From: Acidimicrobiia bacterium
GTDB lineage: Bacteria; Actinomycetota; Acidimicrobiia; Spongiisociales; UBA5794
Assembly (NCBI GenBank): GCA_026985095.1
Contig: JALSQW010000012.1
Span: 51,810 to 115,809, forward strand
Direction: 5' to 3'
Length of the DNA: 64,000 bases
Positions within the stretch are counted from its first letter, which is position 1. Each line of letters begins with the position of its first letter. A program made the translations under genes and the position numbers. The notes under the pieces were generated by a model. That model worked only from the letters and a program-made list of their open reading frames with translations, was not told the DNA's origin and made no database searches. Shown in pieces: positions 19,015-27,699 of the stretch.

Positions 19015-19578
19015 ATGCTGTGGATCCTGGTCGTGATCGCCGTCGCGGCCCTCGTCGGGTTCGTCAGAGGGGGCAAGCTGGCCAACCTGGTCGAGCTGAG
19101 GGTCAGCGGCCTGGCGCTCCTGGTCATCGGGTTCGCCATGCAGTTCGGTTCGTCGTTCCTCCCCGACACCCAGCGGGGCCTGGCCGTGGGCCTGCTCCTG
19201 GGCTCGTACCTGCCGATCCTGCTGTTCGCCTGGTTGAACCGGCAGGCGGCCGGGATGTGGATCGTGGGGGTCGGCATCTTGATGAACTTCTCGGTCATCG
19301 CCCTCAACGGCGGGATGCCGGTACTGGCCGAAGCTGCCGAACTGGCCGGGGTCTCGACGACCGATCTGGCCTCGGCGGCCAAGTACGTCTCCCTCGACCA
19401 GACGACCCGCCTGGCATTCCTGGCCGACATCATCCCGCTGCCCGGCGCGGTGGTGTCGCTCGGCGACGTGCTGCTCGCGGCCGGCCTCGGGGTGTTCGTG
19501 GAGGACGAGCTGCGACGTCCACCACGCCTGTTCGCCCGAGGCGTCCAGGCCGTCCCGGGGTCGGCGGCCGAACGCTGA
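19015..19578 (+). CDS. DUF5317-like small polytopic membrane protein
   Basis: Track ORF 18925-19578. The hydrophobic protein starts at MLWILVVIAVAAL (ATG 19015). It has 4-5 predicted helices, ..NGGMPV.. and ..LADIIPLPG..SLGDVLL.. The family assignment is from memory. Confidence 0.55.
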   Translation: MLWILVVIAVAALVGFVRGGKLANLVELRVSGLALLVIGFAMQFGSSFLPDTQRGLAVGLLLGSYLPILLFAWLNRQAAGMWIVGVGILMNFSVIALNGGMPVLAEAAELAGVSTTDLASAAKYVSLDQTTRLAFLADIIPLPGAVVSLGDVLLAAGLGVFVEDELRRPPRLFARGVQAVPGSAAER

Positions 19579-19602
19579 GGGGTCCCCGACGGGCGGAGCG
19601 GT

Positions 19603-20826
19603 TCAGGCCGCGACGATGCCGCGATGGACGAGGACCCGTCGCAGGGAGGCGGCGATCTTGGGGTCGTACTCGTAGGCGGATCCCTGGTGGATCCGTTCGA
19701 GGGCCTCGATCGGCGAGAGCCCCATCTCGTTGACCCCCTGGTCGTAGGCGCTGGCGACCTTGATGATCTTGGAGGCGACGGGCACGTCGGGATCCCGCTC
19801 GGTCCCCGGCGTCCGGTAGGGCTGGTACTGCTGGGCGACGAGTTCGGACACGTGGCCCAGGTAGGGGGCTTCGGCGACGATCTGGGATCCCCACCGGGCG
19901 ATGTCCTCGTCGGTGTAGCCGGCCTTGATGATGGCAGGCTCGTTGAGGGTGATCCGGCCGACGTCGTGCAGCATCGAGGCGTACTCGAGCCAGGTGACCT
20001 CGCTGGGATGGAGACCCAGCTCCTTGGCCATGGCCATGGCCAGGTCCTGGGTCCGGTAGGAGTGACCGATGGGGGCCAGTCCGGCGACCTCGGGGATCTG
20101 GGCGAGGGCCCGGATCGTCTGGCTGTAGGTGATCCGCGTCGAGTCGTACCGTTCGAACGCGACGTGGCTGAACCCGTACGGGACCAGGGCGAGAGGGAAC
20201 GCCCACAACTGGAGCACGGGCCACGACAGCGCGAAGAGCCCGCCGGCCGAGATGAGCGCCACGACGACGGTCCAGTCCTCGAGGGCCAGCAACCACAGGT
20301 ACCTGGGCGACAGATCCGCACGTTCGAGACCGACGAGTGCCGACACGATGGCCCGCACGAGGAACCACACGGTCCCTGCCGCGGCGAGGGAGACGAGGTG
20401 CTCCCATCCGCCTTGGAAGTCGTCCGTGACCGCGTCGAGGACCCAGAAGAAGGTGAGGCCGTAGGCCGCCATGGCCACGGTCTCGGCGAGGAAATCGCCG
20501 TCGCGTCGCCCCAGCCGGCTGGTCCGGAGCTGGACGACGATCCATGCCAGCGCCATGCCGACCGAATAGGCGACGGCCACGTCGAGGGGCTCGGCGAGGA
20601 GGATGGAGGCGGCGACGGCGGGCCCGATCCCGAGGTTGATGCGATGGCCCGAGGGCGTGGGCACGTCGAGGAGGTGGGCGACGGCGATGACGATGGCCCA
20701 CAGGAGGACCCCGGCCGGGTCGGCGATGTCGCCCACGACTGAGCCGCCGCCGAGGAACACGCCGGTGGCGACGAGCAGCATCCCGAACATGCCGACCGAT
20801 GCGGCGCGGATGCGAACCTCAGCCAT
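19603..20826 (-). CDS. Polytopic membrane protein with a degenerate HD(-GYP-like) domain
   Basis: ORF track, 407 aa. The N-terminal multi-helix region is paralogous in architecture to the next gene. The HD domain has GHSYRTQDLA and MLHDVGRI but lacks the HHExxDGxGYP block (QQYQPYRTPG in its place). Confidence 0.7.
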   Translation of the reverse strand: MAEVRIRAASVGMFGMLLVATGVFLGGGSVVGDIADPAGVLLWAIVIAVAHLLDVPTPSGHRINLGIGPAVAASILLAEPLDVAVAYSVGMALAWIVVQLRTSRLGRRDGDFLAETVAMAAYGLTFFWVLDAVTDDFQGGWEHLVSLAAAGTVWFLVRAIVSALVGLERADLSPRYLWLLALEDWTVVVALISAGGLFALSWPVLQLWAFPLALVPYGFSHVAFERYDSTRITYSQTIRALAQIPEVAGLAPIGHSYRTQDLAMAMAKELGLHPSEVTWLEYASMLHDVGRITLNEPAIIKAGYTDEDIARWGSQIVAEAPYLGHVSELVAQQYQPYRTPGTERDPDVPVASKIIKVASAYDQGVNEMGLSPIEALERIHQGSAYEYDPKIAASLRRVLVHRGIVAA

Positions 20827-22258
20827 GGCTGTGCTCGCGGCGGTCGAGGGGGGCGACGGGGAAGTCCCTGCCGTGGACCTGGTCGGCTTCGCGCATGGCG
20901 GCGACGCCCTCTTCGGCCATCCTCCTGGCCTCCTCGTCGGTGAGCTCGAGGACCGAGCCGAAGTTCCGGCCGGATCGTTCGATGGCGACGATGAACGCCT
21001 CCACCACCTCGGGATCGAACTGGGTGCCGGCGTGGCGTCGGAGCTCCTCGAGAGCGTACCGCTGGCTCATCGCCACCCGGTAGGAGCGGGTGGTGGTCAT
21101 GGCGTCGAAGGAGTCGGCCACGGCGATGATGCAGGCTTCGACCGACGGGGTCTCCCCGGGACCGTGCCCGGCGCCGTGGTACCCGCGGCCGTCGTAGTGG
21201 GCATGGTGGTTGGCGGCGATCTCGACCATCGGATGGAGGAACTCGATGTGGTCGAGGAGGTCCTCGACCAGATGGACGTGGCGCTTCATCACGTCGTACT
21301 CGTGCTCGTCGAGGCGACCCCGTTTGCGGATGAGCTCGCGGGGGACGGCCAGCTTGCCGACGTCGTGGATGAGGGCGGCCCAGCGGAGCCGCTCGAGCCG
21401 GGTGCCGTTGAAGCCCATCTCCCGGCCGATCATCTCGGAGTACATCGCGACCCGTTCGGTGTGGCCGCGGGTGTAGAGGTCCTTGGCCTCGAGGGCCTTG
21501 ATGAACCCCTTGAGGGTGGATTCCTGGGCGAGGCGGAGCATGGCGAAGGACTCGAAGGCCATGTAGCCGGTGAAGAAGACGATGAAGATGAAGGGCAACA
21601 TGACGCTGCCGACGAGCAGGTAGGCGGCCCCGAGGAGCCCGCCGAGGAACCCCATGGCGACGGTGCCGAGGTTGATCTGGATGAGGTGGGACCAGGGTCT
21701 GGTCATCTTCTGGCCGTAGACGCGGTCGACGATGAAGGCCACGAGGCGGTAGTTGACGATGCCGTTGACGAGGGCGGCGATGGCGGAGCCGGCGACCACG
21801 ATCCACAGCCGGCCCGGGGTCAGGTCCCAGCCCGGCGCGGGCCCGTCGGCCAGCCAGAGGAACCCGGCGAGCACGGCGGCGGCCGCGGCGTTGGAGAGCA
21901 CGAGTTGTCCGAAGTTGACGGCAGGCTGGAACCAGCGTCGGCCCTTGATGTCCTTGGGCGTGAGGAGCCCGAAGAGCGCCATGGACGCAGCGGCGAGGAT
22001 GCCCGCTCTGGGCCCGAAGACCACCGCGGCGGTCATGGTCACCATCGCACCCGGACTCCCCCGCAGCCGGTCGTTGACCTCCACCGATCGCCAGGAGAAC
22101 ACGGCATACGCGGCGGCGAACGCGGCCCACAGCCACGATGGCTGCGGGAGATCCTGCGAGAGCCACAGCGCGGCCATCGTGCCGATGCCGGCGCTGCCGA
22201 ACCCGACCGCGAAGCGGTGTTTCGTCGACGGGAGGATCTTGGACAGTCCTCGTGGCAC
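20819..22258 (-). CDS. Membrane-anchored HD-GYP domain protein (putative c-di-GMP phosphodiesterase)
   Basis: ORF track, 479 aa. GHTERVAMYS, LIHDVGKLAVP, and NHHAHYDGRGYHG (a GYP-like block reading GYH). 8-nt overlap with the downstream paralogue. Confidence 0.8.
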   Translation of the reverse strand: MPRGLSKILPSTKHRFAVGFGSAGIGTMAALWLSQDLPQPSWLWAAFAAAYAVFSWRSVEVNDRLRGSPGAMVTMTAAVVFGPRAGILAAASMALFGLLTPKDIKGRRWFQPAVNFGQLVLSNAAAAAVLAGFLWLADGPAPGWDLTPGRLWIVVAGSAIAALVNGIVNYRLVAFIVDRVYGQKMTRPWSHLIQINLGTVAMGFLGGLLGAAYLLVGSVMLPFIFIVFFTGYMAFESFAMLRLAQESTLKGFIKALEAKDLYTRGHTERVAMYSEMIGREMGFNGTRLERLRWAALIHDVGKLAVPRELIRKRGRLDEHEYDVMKRHVHLVEDLLDHIEFLHPMVEIAANHHAHYDGRGYHGAGHGPGETPSVEACIIAVADSFDAMTTTRSYRVAMSQRYALEELRRHAGTQFDPEVVEAFIVAIERSGRNFGSVLELTDEEARRMAEEGVAAMREADQVHGRDFPVAPLDRREHSHG

Positions 22259-22810
22259 GGGGGGTGCTCCTGTGTTCGGTTCGGGGTGGACGGCGGCGGG
22301 GCTTCCCGGGCCGCGAGATCAGCTAGTCGACTCTGAGGTTGGCCACGCCTGCCAGGGGTCCGGCGGCGAGGTCCGCAAGGTATCGACGGATGTTCTCGTA
22401 TCTACGCTTCACGAACCTCTCCATGGGGGGATGTCCTCGGTCGGCGGCATCGTCGCCGCCTGCGGGGATACGCATACGCTCCGCTGGATCGGTTGTGTGT
22501 CGAGACGGCCCGGTCCGCCACCACCTCCCACTCGCCCGGCTCTCACCGGGCGAAACTCGCTTTTCCTGGTGCTCGCCTGGCCCCACCCGGATCGATCGGT
22601 GTCCCCAATCCGGTGCGGTCCTCGGACCGCTCGATCCACTCGCCCGTGGGTCGGCCGCCGCGCGGCCTGTGGACAAGTTAGGCGGGAGCCCTCGCTCGCG
22701 CAAGGGAATATCGGCCCGGATCGGCTCGGACCCAAGGCCCTTGTGGTGCCCTCGGCCGGCAGAGCCGGATCGTCGGCCGACACTCCGCGTCGAACCTCCC
22801 GCTACGCGGC

Positions 22811-23470
22811 GTGGTCGGGATGACTACGCTACGGGCCATGCCGCCACACCCGCGAGAACTCGAGGAGAGCATCACCCGCATCGCCGCGGTGGACGCCGCC
22901 CGCGTCGTGATCGACGGGGACCGCATCACCGAGGTCCACGTGATCGCCGCCCCCGAGAAGCCCGCCAAGCAGGTCGTCCGCGACGTCCAGTCCCTCGCCA
23001 TGGCCCGCTTCGGCACCTCCATCGACCGCCGCATCATCTCGGTCGTCCAGATCGCCCCCGACAAGGTGCGTGCCACGGCGCCCGTCCGACCGGCGGTCAT
23101 GGCCATCGACGCCGACGCCAACGGCGCCAAGACGAACGTCCGCGTCACCCTTCGCTACGCCGAGGTCGAGCACGTGGGCGAGTCGTCGGGTCCGAGCGTG
23201 GCGTCGGCCCGCCTCCGACTCGTCGCCGAGGCGACGATCAACGCCGTCGAGCGGACCTTCGCCGAGGCCGGCCCGATGGCGCTGGATTCGGTGACCGCGG
23301 TCCCGGTGGGCAACCACACGGCGGTCGTCGCCGTGGTCATCGGCGCCGCCAGTGACGGCACCGAGCGGGTGACCGTGGGGTCGGCCCTCGGAGACGACGA
23401 CACCGAGAAGGCCGCCGTGCGAGCCGTCCTCGACGCGCTCAACCGCCGGCTCATCGACCGGCGCTCGTGA
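22811..23470 (+). CDS. Hypothetical two-domain cytoplasmic protein
   Basis: ORF track, 219 aa. Alternative starts at the ATGs at 22820 and 22838. Good codon bias. ..RITEVHVIAAPEKPAKQVVRDVQSLAMARFGTSIDRRIISVVQI.. I cannot name a family. The stop overlaps the ggt start (GTGA). Confidence 0.55.
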   Translation: MVGMTTLRAMPPHPRELEESITRIAAVDAARVVIDGDRITEVHVIAAPEKPAKQVVRDVQSLAMARFGTSIDRRIISVVQIAPDKVRATAPVRPAVMAIDADANGAKTNVRVTLRYAEVEHVGESSGPSVASARLRLVAEATINAVERTFAEAGPMALDSVTAVPVGNHTAVVAVVIGAASDGTERVTVGSALGDDDTEKAAVRAVLDALNRRLIDRRS

Positions 23471-25083
23471 CCCGCGACCCCCGCGCCACCCTCGCGACGG
23501 GACCCCTCGGGCCGGATCACCACGTCGCCGTCAGCCCCCACCATCTGGCGTCTTCGGCGGCGGTCGAGCTCATGGGATCGGGCGGCACCGCGGTCGATGG
23601 GGCCGTGTGCGCCAATGCGGTGCTGTCGGTGGTGGCGCCGGAGACCTGTGGTCCGGGCGGGGACCTGTTCGCCCTCGTGCACGCTCCGCAGATGAGCGCC
23701 CCGGCGGCACTGAACGCGTCGGGACGTGCCGGCTCGGGAGCCACCGCCGCCGACATCCGCGCCGCGGGCTACGCCGAGCTCCCGCCCCGGGGTCCGTGGG
23801 CGATCACGATCCCGGGGGCCGTCGACGGATGGTTCGCGCTCCTCGATCGGTTCGGTCGGCTCGAGCTCGACGCCGTGTTCGCCCCCGCCATCGAGCTGGC
23901 GGAGCACGGCTTCGAGGTCTCGGCGGAGCTGGCCGATGCCCTCGAACGGCTGCGACCGACGTTGATCGGTCAGCGATCCGCCCCCGAGCTCTATCCCACC
24001 GGGCGCACCCCGCGACCCGGCGACGTGATCCATCGCCCGGCGCTGGCATCGACGCTGCGTGCCATCGTCTCGGAAGGCCGCGCCGGGTTCTACGAGGGTC
24101 CCGTCGCCGACGGCATCGTCGCCGCCGCCGAGGGAGCGATCCGTCCCGAGGACCTCCGGGCGCCCCAGGCCGAGTGGATCGAACCCCTCGGCGCCGACGT
24201 GTTCGACCGTCGCCTGTGGACGATCCCGCCCAACAGCCAGGGCTACATGGTCCCGGCCACCCTGGCCGTGTTCGAACGGCTCGGATCGTTCGACGACCCG
24301 GCCGACCCCGCGTTCCAGCACGCGCTCATCGAGGCCTACCGGGTGGTCGCCGCCGAACGGGACCAGGTCGTCGCCGATCCCACCACGGCGCCCATCGCGC
24401 CCGACGACCTCGTCGACCCCGAACGGCTGTCCGCCCTGGCGGAGCTGGTGGCGCCCGATCGCGCCGGGCGGTACGCGGGCCTCCGCCAGGCACCGGGAGG
24501 CACCGCCTACCTGTGTACCCGGGATGCCTCGGGCATGGGCGTCTCGTACATCCAGTCCAACTTCATGGGCATCGGCTCGGGACGCTCGGCCGGAGCGACC
24601 GGCGTGTGGCTCCACAATCGAGGCGCCGGGTTCAACCTCATCCCGGGCCACCCCAACGAGTACGCTCCGGGACGTCGCCCGCTGCACACCCTCTCCCCGA
24701 CCCTGTGGACCGACGGGGACCGGCTGGCCCTCCTCCTGGGGACCCGAGGCGGGCACTATCAGCCGCAGCTCCTCGCCCAGATCGCGGCCGATCTGCACGT
24801 CGGCGGGTCGTGCCCGGACGATTCCCAGGCGTTCCCCCGCTGGGTCGTGCACGACCTGGCTCCGGGGTCGACTTCGCGGGTCGAGTACGAGCCACGGTTC
24901 CCGCGGCGAACGATCGCCGGGCTGTCCGAGCGGGGCCACGACCTGGTCCCCGTCGACGGATGGATGACCGGTTGGGGGCCCGTGTCGATCATCCGGATCG
25001 AGGACGATCTCCGCGGCTCGGCGGATCCGCGGGTCTCGACCGCGGCCGCGGTCTCCCGTCCGGCCGGCACGCCTCGCAGCTAG
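23467..25083 (+). CDS. ggt: Gamma-glutamyltransferase family protein
   Basis: ORF track, 538 aa. GGT-fold N-terminal region (..GGTAVDGAVCANAVLSVVAPETCGPGGDLF..) and the autoprocessing/nucleophile region ..APGGTAYLCTRD.. Confidence 0.85.
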   Translation: MTRDPRATLATGPLGPDHHVAVSPHHLASSAAVELMGSGGTAVDGAVCANAVLSVVAPETCGPGGDLFALVHAPQMSAPAALNASGRAGSGATAADIRAAGYAELPPRGPWAITIPGAVDGWFALLDRFGRLELDAVFAPAIELAEHGFEVSAELADALERLRPTLIGQRSAPELYPTGRTPRPGDVIHRPALASTLRAIVSEGRAGFYEGPVADGIVAAAEGAIRPEDLRAPQAEWIEPLGADVFDRRLWTIPPNSQGYMVPATLAVFERLGSFDDPADPAFQHALIEAYRVVAAERDQVVADPTTAPIAPDDLVDPERLSALAELVAPDRAGRYAGLRQAPGGTAYLCTRDASGMGVSYIQSNFMGIGSGRSAGATGVWLHNRGAGFNLIPGHPNEYAPGRRPLHTLSPTLWTDGDRLALLLGTRGGHYQPQLLAQIAADLHVGGSCPDDSQAFPRWVVHDLAPGSTSRVEYEPRFPRRTIAGLSERGHDLVPVDGWMTGWGPVSIIRIEDDLRGSADPRVSTAAAVSRPAGTPRS

Positions 25084-26114
25084 CGACCGCCCCCTTCGCT
25101 GAGCCCGTCGACGCGGGCGGCAGTCGCCCGGTCCTGGTCGACGGGAGCGCCGGAGAGGCCTTCGGGCATCTCGAAGAAGCCGGGGATCGGGGGCGGTGTC
25201 GGCGGTCGTCTCCGGCCGAGCCGTTTCGAGATGAACCCGGCGAGCGCCACGATCAGGGCCAGGGCGAGGGCCCCGAGTGTGAACGCCAACCCACCCTTCC
25301 ATCCCGTGCTGTCGTCCTCCGAACCGCGTAGCTCGTTGCGCAGCGCCGTTCGCCAACGCGTCTCGATCGCCGTCCAACGGACAGGGTCGGGATCGGTGAG
25401 GACGTCGGATCCCTCGGTTCTGACGGCGAAGTCGACCATGTCGCCGAGGAGGCCGTCGTTGGTCTCGGGATCCCAGGCGACGACGGGTGCCTGGCGCGAT
25501 GCCGCCCAGTCGATCCGCGCCTCGGTATCGAAGAAGTTGGCGATGCGGATCGCGGCATGGTCGAGGACGATGCGCTGCAGCATCCGCGCCCGGTACCAGC
25601 GAGCGATGGCCGTGGCCAGCGGTTCGGGCCAGCCGAGGCGATCGGAGCGTTGCCACAGCGCCAGGTGAGCGAGGGCGAAGGCACCGGCCGGGCCGACCTG
25701 CCCGACCCGCTCCGCGGACAGGGTGATCCGACCGGCCTCCAGATCGCGTACCGCGTGGAAGCGCACGCCGGGTCGTTCGAAACGATCCGTGTCGAAGGAA
25801 CCGCCCGGATCGGCGATACAGACCGTGGCCGTCGTCGGGCCGATCTCGCCGGCGATCCACCCCGCAGCCGTGTCGAGCTCGCGGGCGAAGCGCGCCGCCA
25901 AGCCGTCGGGCACGTCGGCGACCTCGACGATCAGGCCCGGGGTCGTGACGGGTTGCCCGATCCACGCCGCCTCGGGATAGGCGGCGGCGCATCCCGCCGC
26001 GGCCACCCCCCGAGCCGACGGGACGACAACGGCGACGATCACGAGCGCCACGAACACCACGATGCGGTGAACCATCATCGGAAGGCTACCGGTGCGGCCG
26101 AACCACGCGGCCAC
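25080..26114 (-). CDS. Hypothetical bitopic membrane protein (N-terminal signal/anchor plus a C-terminal TM helix)
   Basis: ORF track, 344 aa. The start may be the MM at about 26078. Hydrophobic segments IVVFVALVIVAVVV and GGLAFTLGALALALIVALAGFI. No family recognised. Its stop and the ggt stop share a GCTAGC palindrome. Confidence 0.5.
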   Translation of the reverse strand: MAAWFGRTGSLPMMVHRIVVFVALVIVAVVVPSARGVAAAGCAAAYPEAAWIGQPVTTPGLIVEVADVPDGLAARFARELDTAAGWIAGEIGPTTATVCIADPGGSFDTDRFERPGVRFHAVRDLEAGRITLSAERVGQVGPAGAFALAHLALWQRSDRLGWPEPLATAIARWYRARMLQRIVLDHAAIRIANFFDTEARIDWAASRQAPVVAWDPETNDGLLGDMVDFAVRTEGSDVLTDPDPVRWTAIETRWRTALRNELRGSEDDSTGWKGGLAFTLGALALALIVALAGFISKRLGRRRPPTPPPIPGFFEMPEGLSGAPVDQDRATAARVDGLSEGGGR

Positions 26115-26241
26115 CAGATCTGGCAGGAACTGTCAGGGATCGGGTTGCCGTTGCCCATCCTCGTCGATAGCCTGACTGGTCGCGGGTGCGCTGAGCCCGC
26201 TGGCCGGCCCAGCCGAGCCCTCGTCGATCCAGGCGGAGTTC

Positions 26242-27315
26242 GTGAGAACCAAACGCAGGAGCCCCATCGCATACGCCGCAGTGCTCATCGTCGCGCTCGT
26301 CGCCGCCGGGGGCGCCGCCGCCTACTCCAACGGCCGAGCCGCGACGCCCGCCGACGCCGCCACAACGAGTACCGCCGCCACCCTGACGACCAGCGCCCCC
26401 GTCTCTGCCCGAGTGGCGTCGGCGATCTTCGCCCTGTCGGTCTCCCGCAAGCCGCCCACGGTCGGGACCACCACCACCGTCGCCGCCTTCGAGGTCGCCC
26501 CCGCCCCCCAGATCGAGGTCGCCCCCTCCACGACGGACCCGACCCCGGCGACGACCACGACCGCCACCACCGGCACCACCGAGCCCAAGGACCGCACACC
26601 CCCGAAGATCACCGTCACCAGTCCTCGCGACGGCGACATCGTCACCAGCGACCTCGTGACGTTCAAGGGCGAGACCGAGCCCGGCGCCAAGGTCTTCTCC
26701 GGTCCGTTCGAAGCCGACGTCGACGACACCGGCCACTGGAGCATCAAGCTGGTCGTCACCGAAGGGCCCAACGGGGCCGTGTTCTTCGCCAGGGACGCCG
26801 CAGGCAACGAAGCGAGCGTCCGGATCGTCGTCCACTACGAGCCGCCCACGACCACCACCCGACCCCGATCCACGACGACGACGACCCACCCGCCGTCGGG
26901 ATCGACGACGACCACGACCACGGCGCCGCCCACCGACCAGTGGTCACCCAACTGGCCTGCCGACGCCGCCGGCAAGCGCAACGTCGAGAACTGGCGCGCC
27001 ACCGTCGTGCGGTACTGGGACGAGGACAAGGTCGACTGCGCCCTCGGACTGATCTACCGCGAATCGCGCGGCGACCCCCAAGCCCACAACCGTTCCACCG
27101 GAGCCGTCGGCCTGTTCCAGCACCTCCTCAAGTACTGGCCCGGACGGGCAGGCGCGGCGGGATTCGTCGACGGCGATGGACGGTACGCCGACCCCTACAA
27201 CGGCGAGGCCAACATCGCGGCCTCGGCTTGGCTCGCCGGCTACTACGAGTCCCGCGGGCTCGACTGGTGGAAGCCCTGGGGCAGCGCCCCGTCCTACGGC
27301 ACCTGCCAGCCGTAG
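26242..27315 (+). CDS. Secreted/anchored lytic transglycosylase (SLT domain) with Thr/Pro-rich linkers and an Ig-like middle domain
   Basis: ORF track, 357 aa, GTG start after GGCGGAG. TM anchor, T/P-rich low-complexity stretches, and the SLT signature ..LIYRESRGDPQAHNRSTGAVGLFQ.. Confidence 0.8.
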   Translation: MRTKRRSPIAYAAVLIVALVAAGGAAAYSNGRAATPADAATTSTAATLTTSAPVSARVASAIFALSVSRKPPTVGTTTTVAAFEVAPAPQIEVAPSTTDPTPATTTTATTGTTEPKDRTPPKITVTSPRDGDIVTSDLVTFKGETEPGAKVFSGPFEADVDDTGHWSIKLVVTEGPNGAVFFARDAAGNEASVRIVVHYEPPTTTTRPRSTTTTTHPPSGSTTTTTTAPPTDQWSPNWPADAAGKRNVENWRATVVRYWDEDKVDCALGLIYRESRGDPQAHNRSTGAVGLFQHLLKYWPGRAGAAGFVDGDGRYADPYNGEANIAASAWLAGYYESRGLDWWKPWGSAPSYGTCQP

Positions 27316-27350
27316 CGAACGGCCCGATCGCGACGCGGTAGCATCCCGGC

Positions 27351-27698
27351 ATGAACATCCCATTCAAACGCTTCCTCGGGATCGGCGGCGTCCTCGCCGG
27401 GATCGGCGCCACGATCTGGGCGCTCCGCGACCGCCTGCTCCCCGCACCACAGGTCCCCGAGGGGCCCCCACCGCGGTTCCGCACCGCGACGGGGGCCGCG
27501 GCGCCGGTCCCTGCCGGCAGCGACGACCTGACCGACATCAAGGGCATCGGCCCCGTCTACGCGGGGCGCCTCGCGGACGCCGGCGTCACCACCTTCGCCG
27601 AGCTCGCCGGAGCCGATGCCTCCACCCTCGCCGAGCGCATCGACGTTCCCGAACCGTCCGTCGCCGACTGGATCGAACAGGCCGCGAAACGGACCTGA
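27351..27698 (+). CDS. Small membrane-anchored helix-hairpin-helix domain protein
   Basis: ORF track, 115 aa. N-terminal TM helix and the HhH motif LTDIKGIGPVYAGRLADAGV. Confidence 0.6.
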   Translation: MNIPFKRFLGIGGVLAGIGATIWALRDRLLPAPQVPEGPPPRFRTATGAAAPVPAGSDDLTDIKGIGPVYAGRLADAGVTTFAELAGADASTLAERIDVPEPSVADWIEQAAKRT

Positions 27699-27699
27699 C

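Noticed and set aside
22323-22424. 33-codon ORF (MERFVKRRYENIRRYLADLAAGPLAGVANLRVD) directly upstream of the HD-GYP gene.
   Set aside because: It uses many codons that are rare in this genome (AGA x2, AGG, CGT x2, CGA, CTT, GGA, GCA), has only a weak SD-like element, and matches no family I recognise. It is kept as a note inside the gap finding rather than called as a gene.
22440-22810. Possible tmRNA (ssrA) on the minus strand. A GGUUCGAC-like segment lies near 22790. A frame reads GCC GAU ... GCC UAA (ADPGRYSLARARAPA*), reminiscent of actinobacterial AD... tags.
   Set aside because: There is no GGGG acceptor 5' end, no T-arm (GGUUCGAnUCC) and no ..UCCACC 3' end. No stop or A-rich context precedes the putative resume codon. 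The tag does not end in the usual (L/V)AA, and no smpB lies nearby. The match is probably coincidental; a tmRNA covariance-model scan would settle it.
22259-22810. RNase P RNA, SRP RNA, and cobalamin, ZTP or GEMM (c-di-GMP) riboswitches in the large gap.
   Set aside because: I could not find the invariant blocks on either strand: GGAAAGUCCGG / ACAGAAnnCGGCUUA for RNase P, GCCACUG for B12, GACUGGCG...CCGCCUGGGC for ZTP. This was by eye only, not a covariance-model search.
25078-25085. GCTAGC palindrome shared by the convergent stop codons of ggt and the hypothetical membrane protein gene.
   Set aside because: This is a curiosity of two overlapping TAG stops. Nothing suggests a function beyond chance.
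26115-26241. ydaO/c-di-AMP riboswitch upstream of the lytic transglycosylase gene. This association is known for rpf-type cell-wall hydrolase genes in actinobacteria. A 10-mer CCTCGTCGAT is repeated exactly 60 nt apart (26159-26168 and 26219-26228).
   Set aside because: The hallmark GGGGA.CC / GGGGUGAAUC / CCGA..CCGACAGCU.ACCUCG blocks are not present convincingly. The region is only about 130 nt and must also hold two divergent promoters. A 10-mer repeat of this composition can arise by chance in GC-rich DNA.
26330-26940. Repetitive ACC/ACG/CCG-rich DNA that might look like a tandem repeat or CRISPR-like array.
   Set aside because: It is in-frame Thr/Pro-rich linker coding sequence of the SLT-domain protein: low-complexity and irregular, with no spacer/repeat periodicity.
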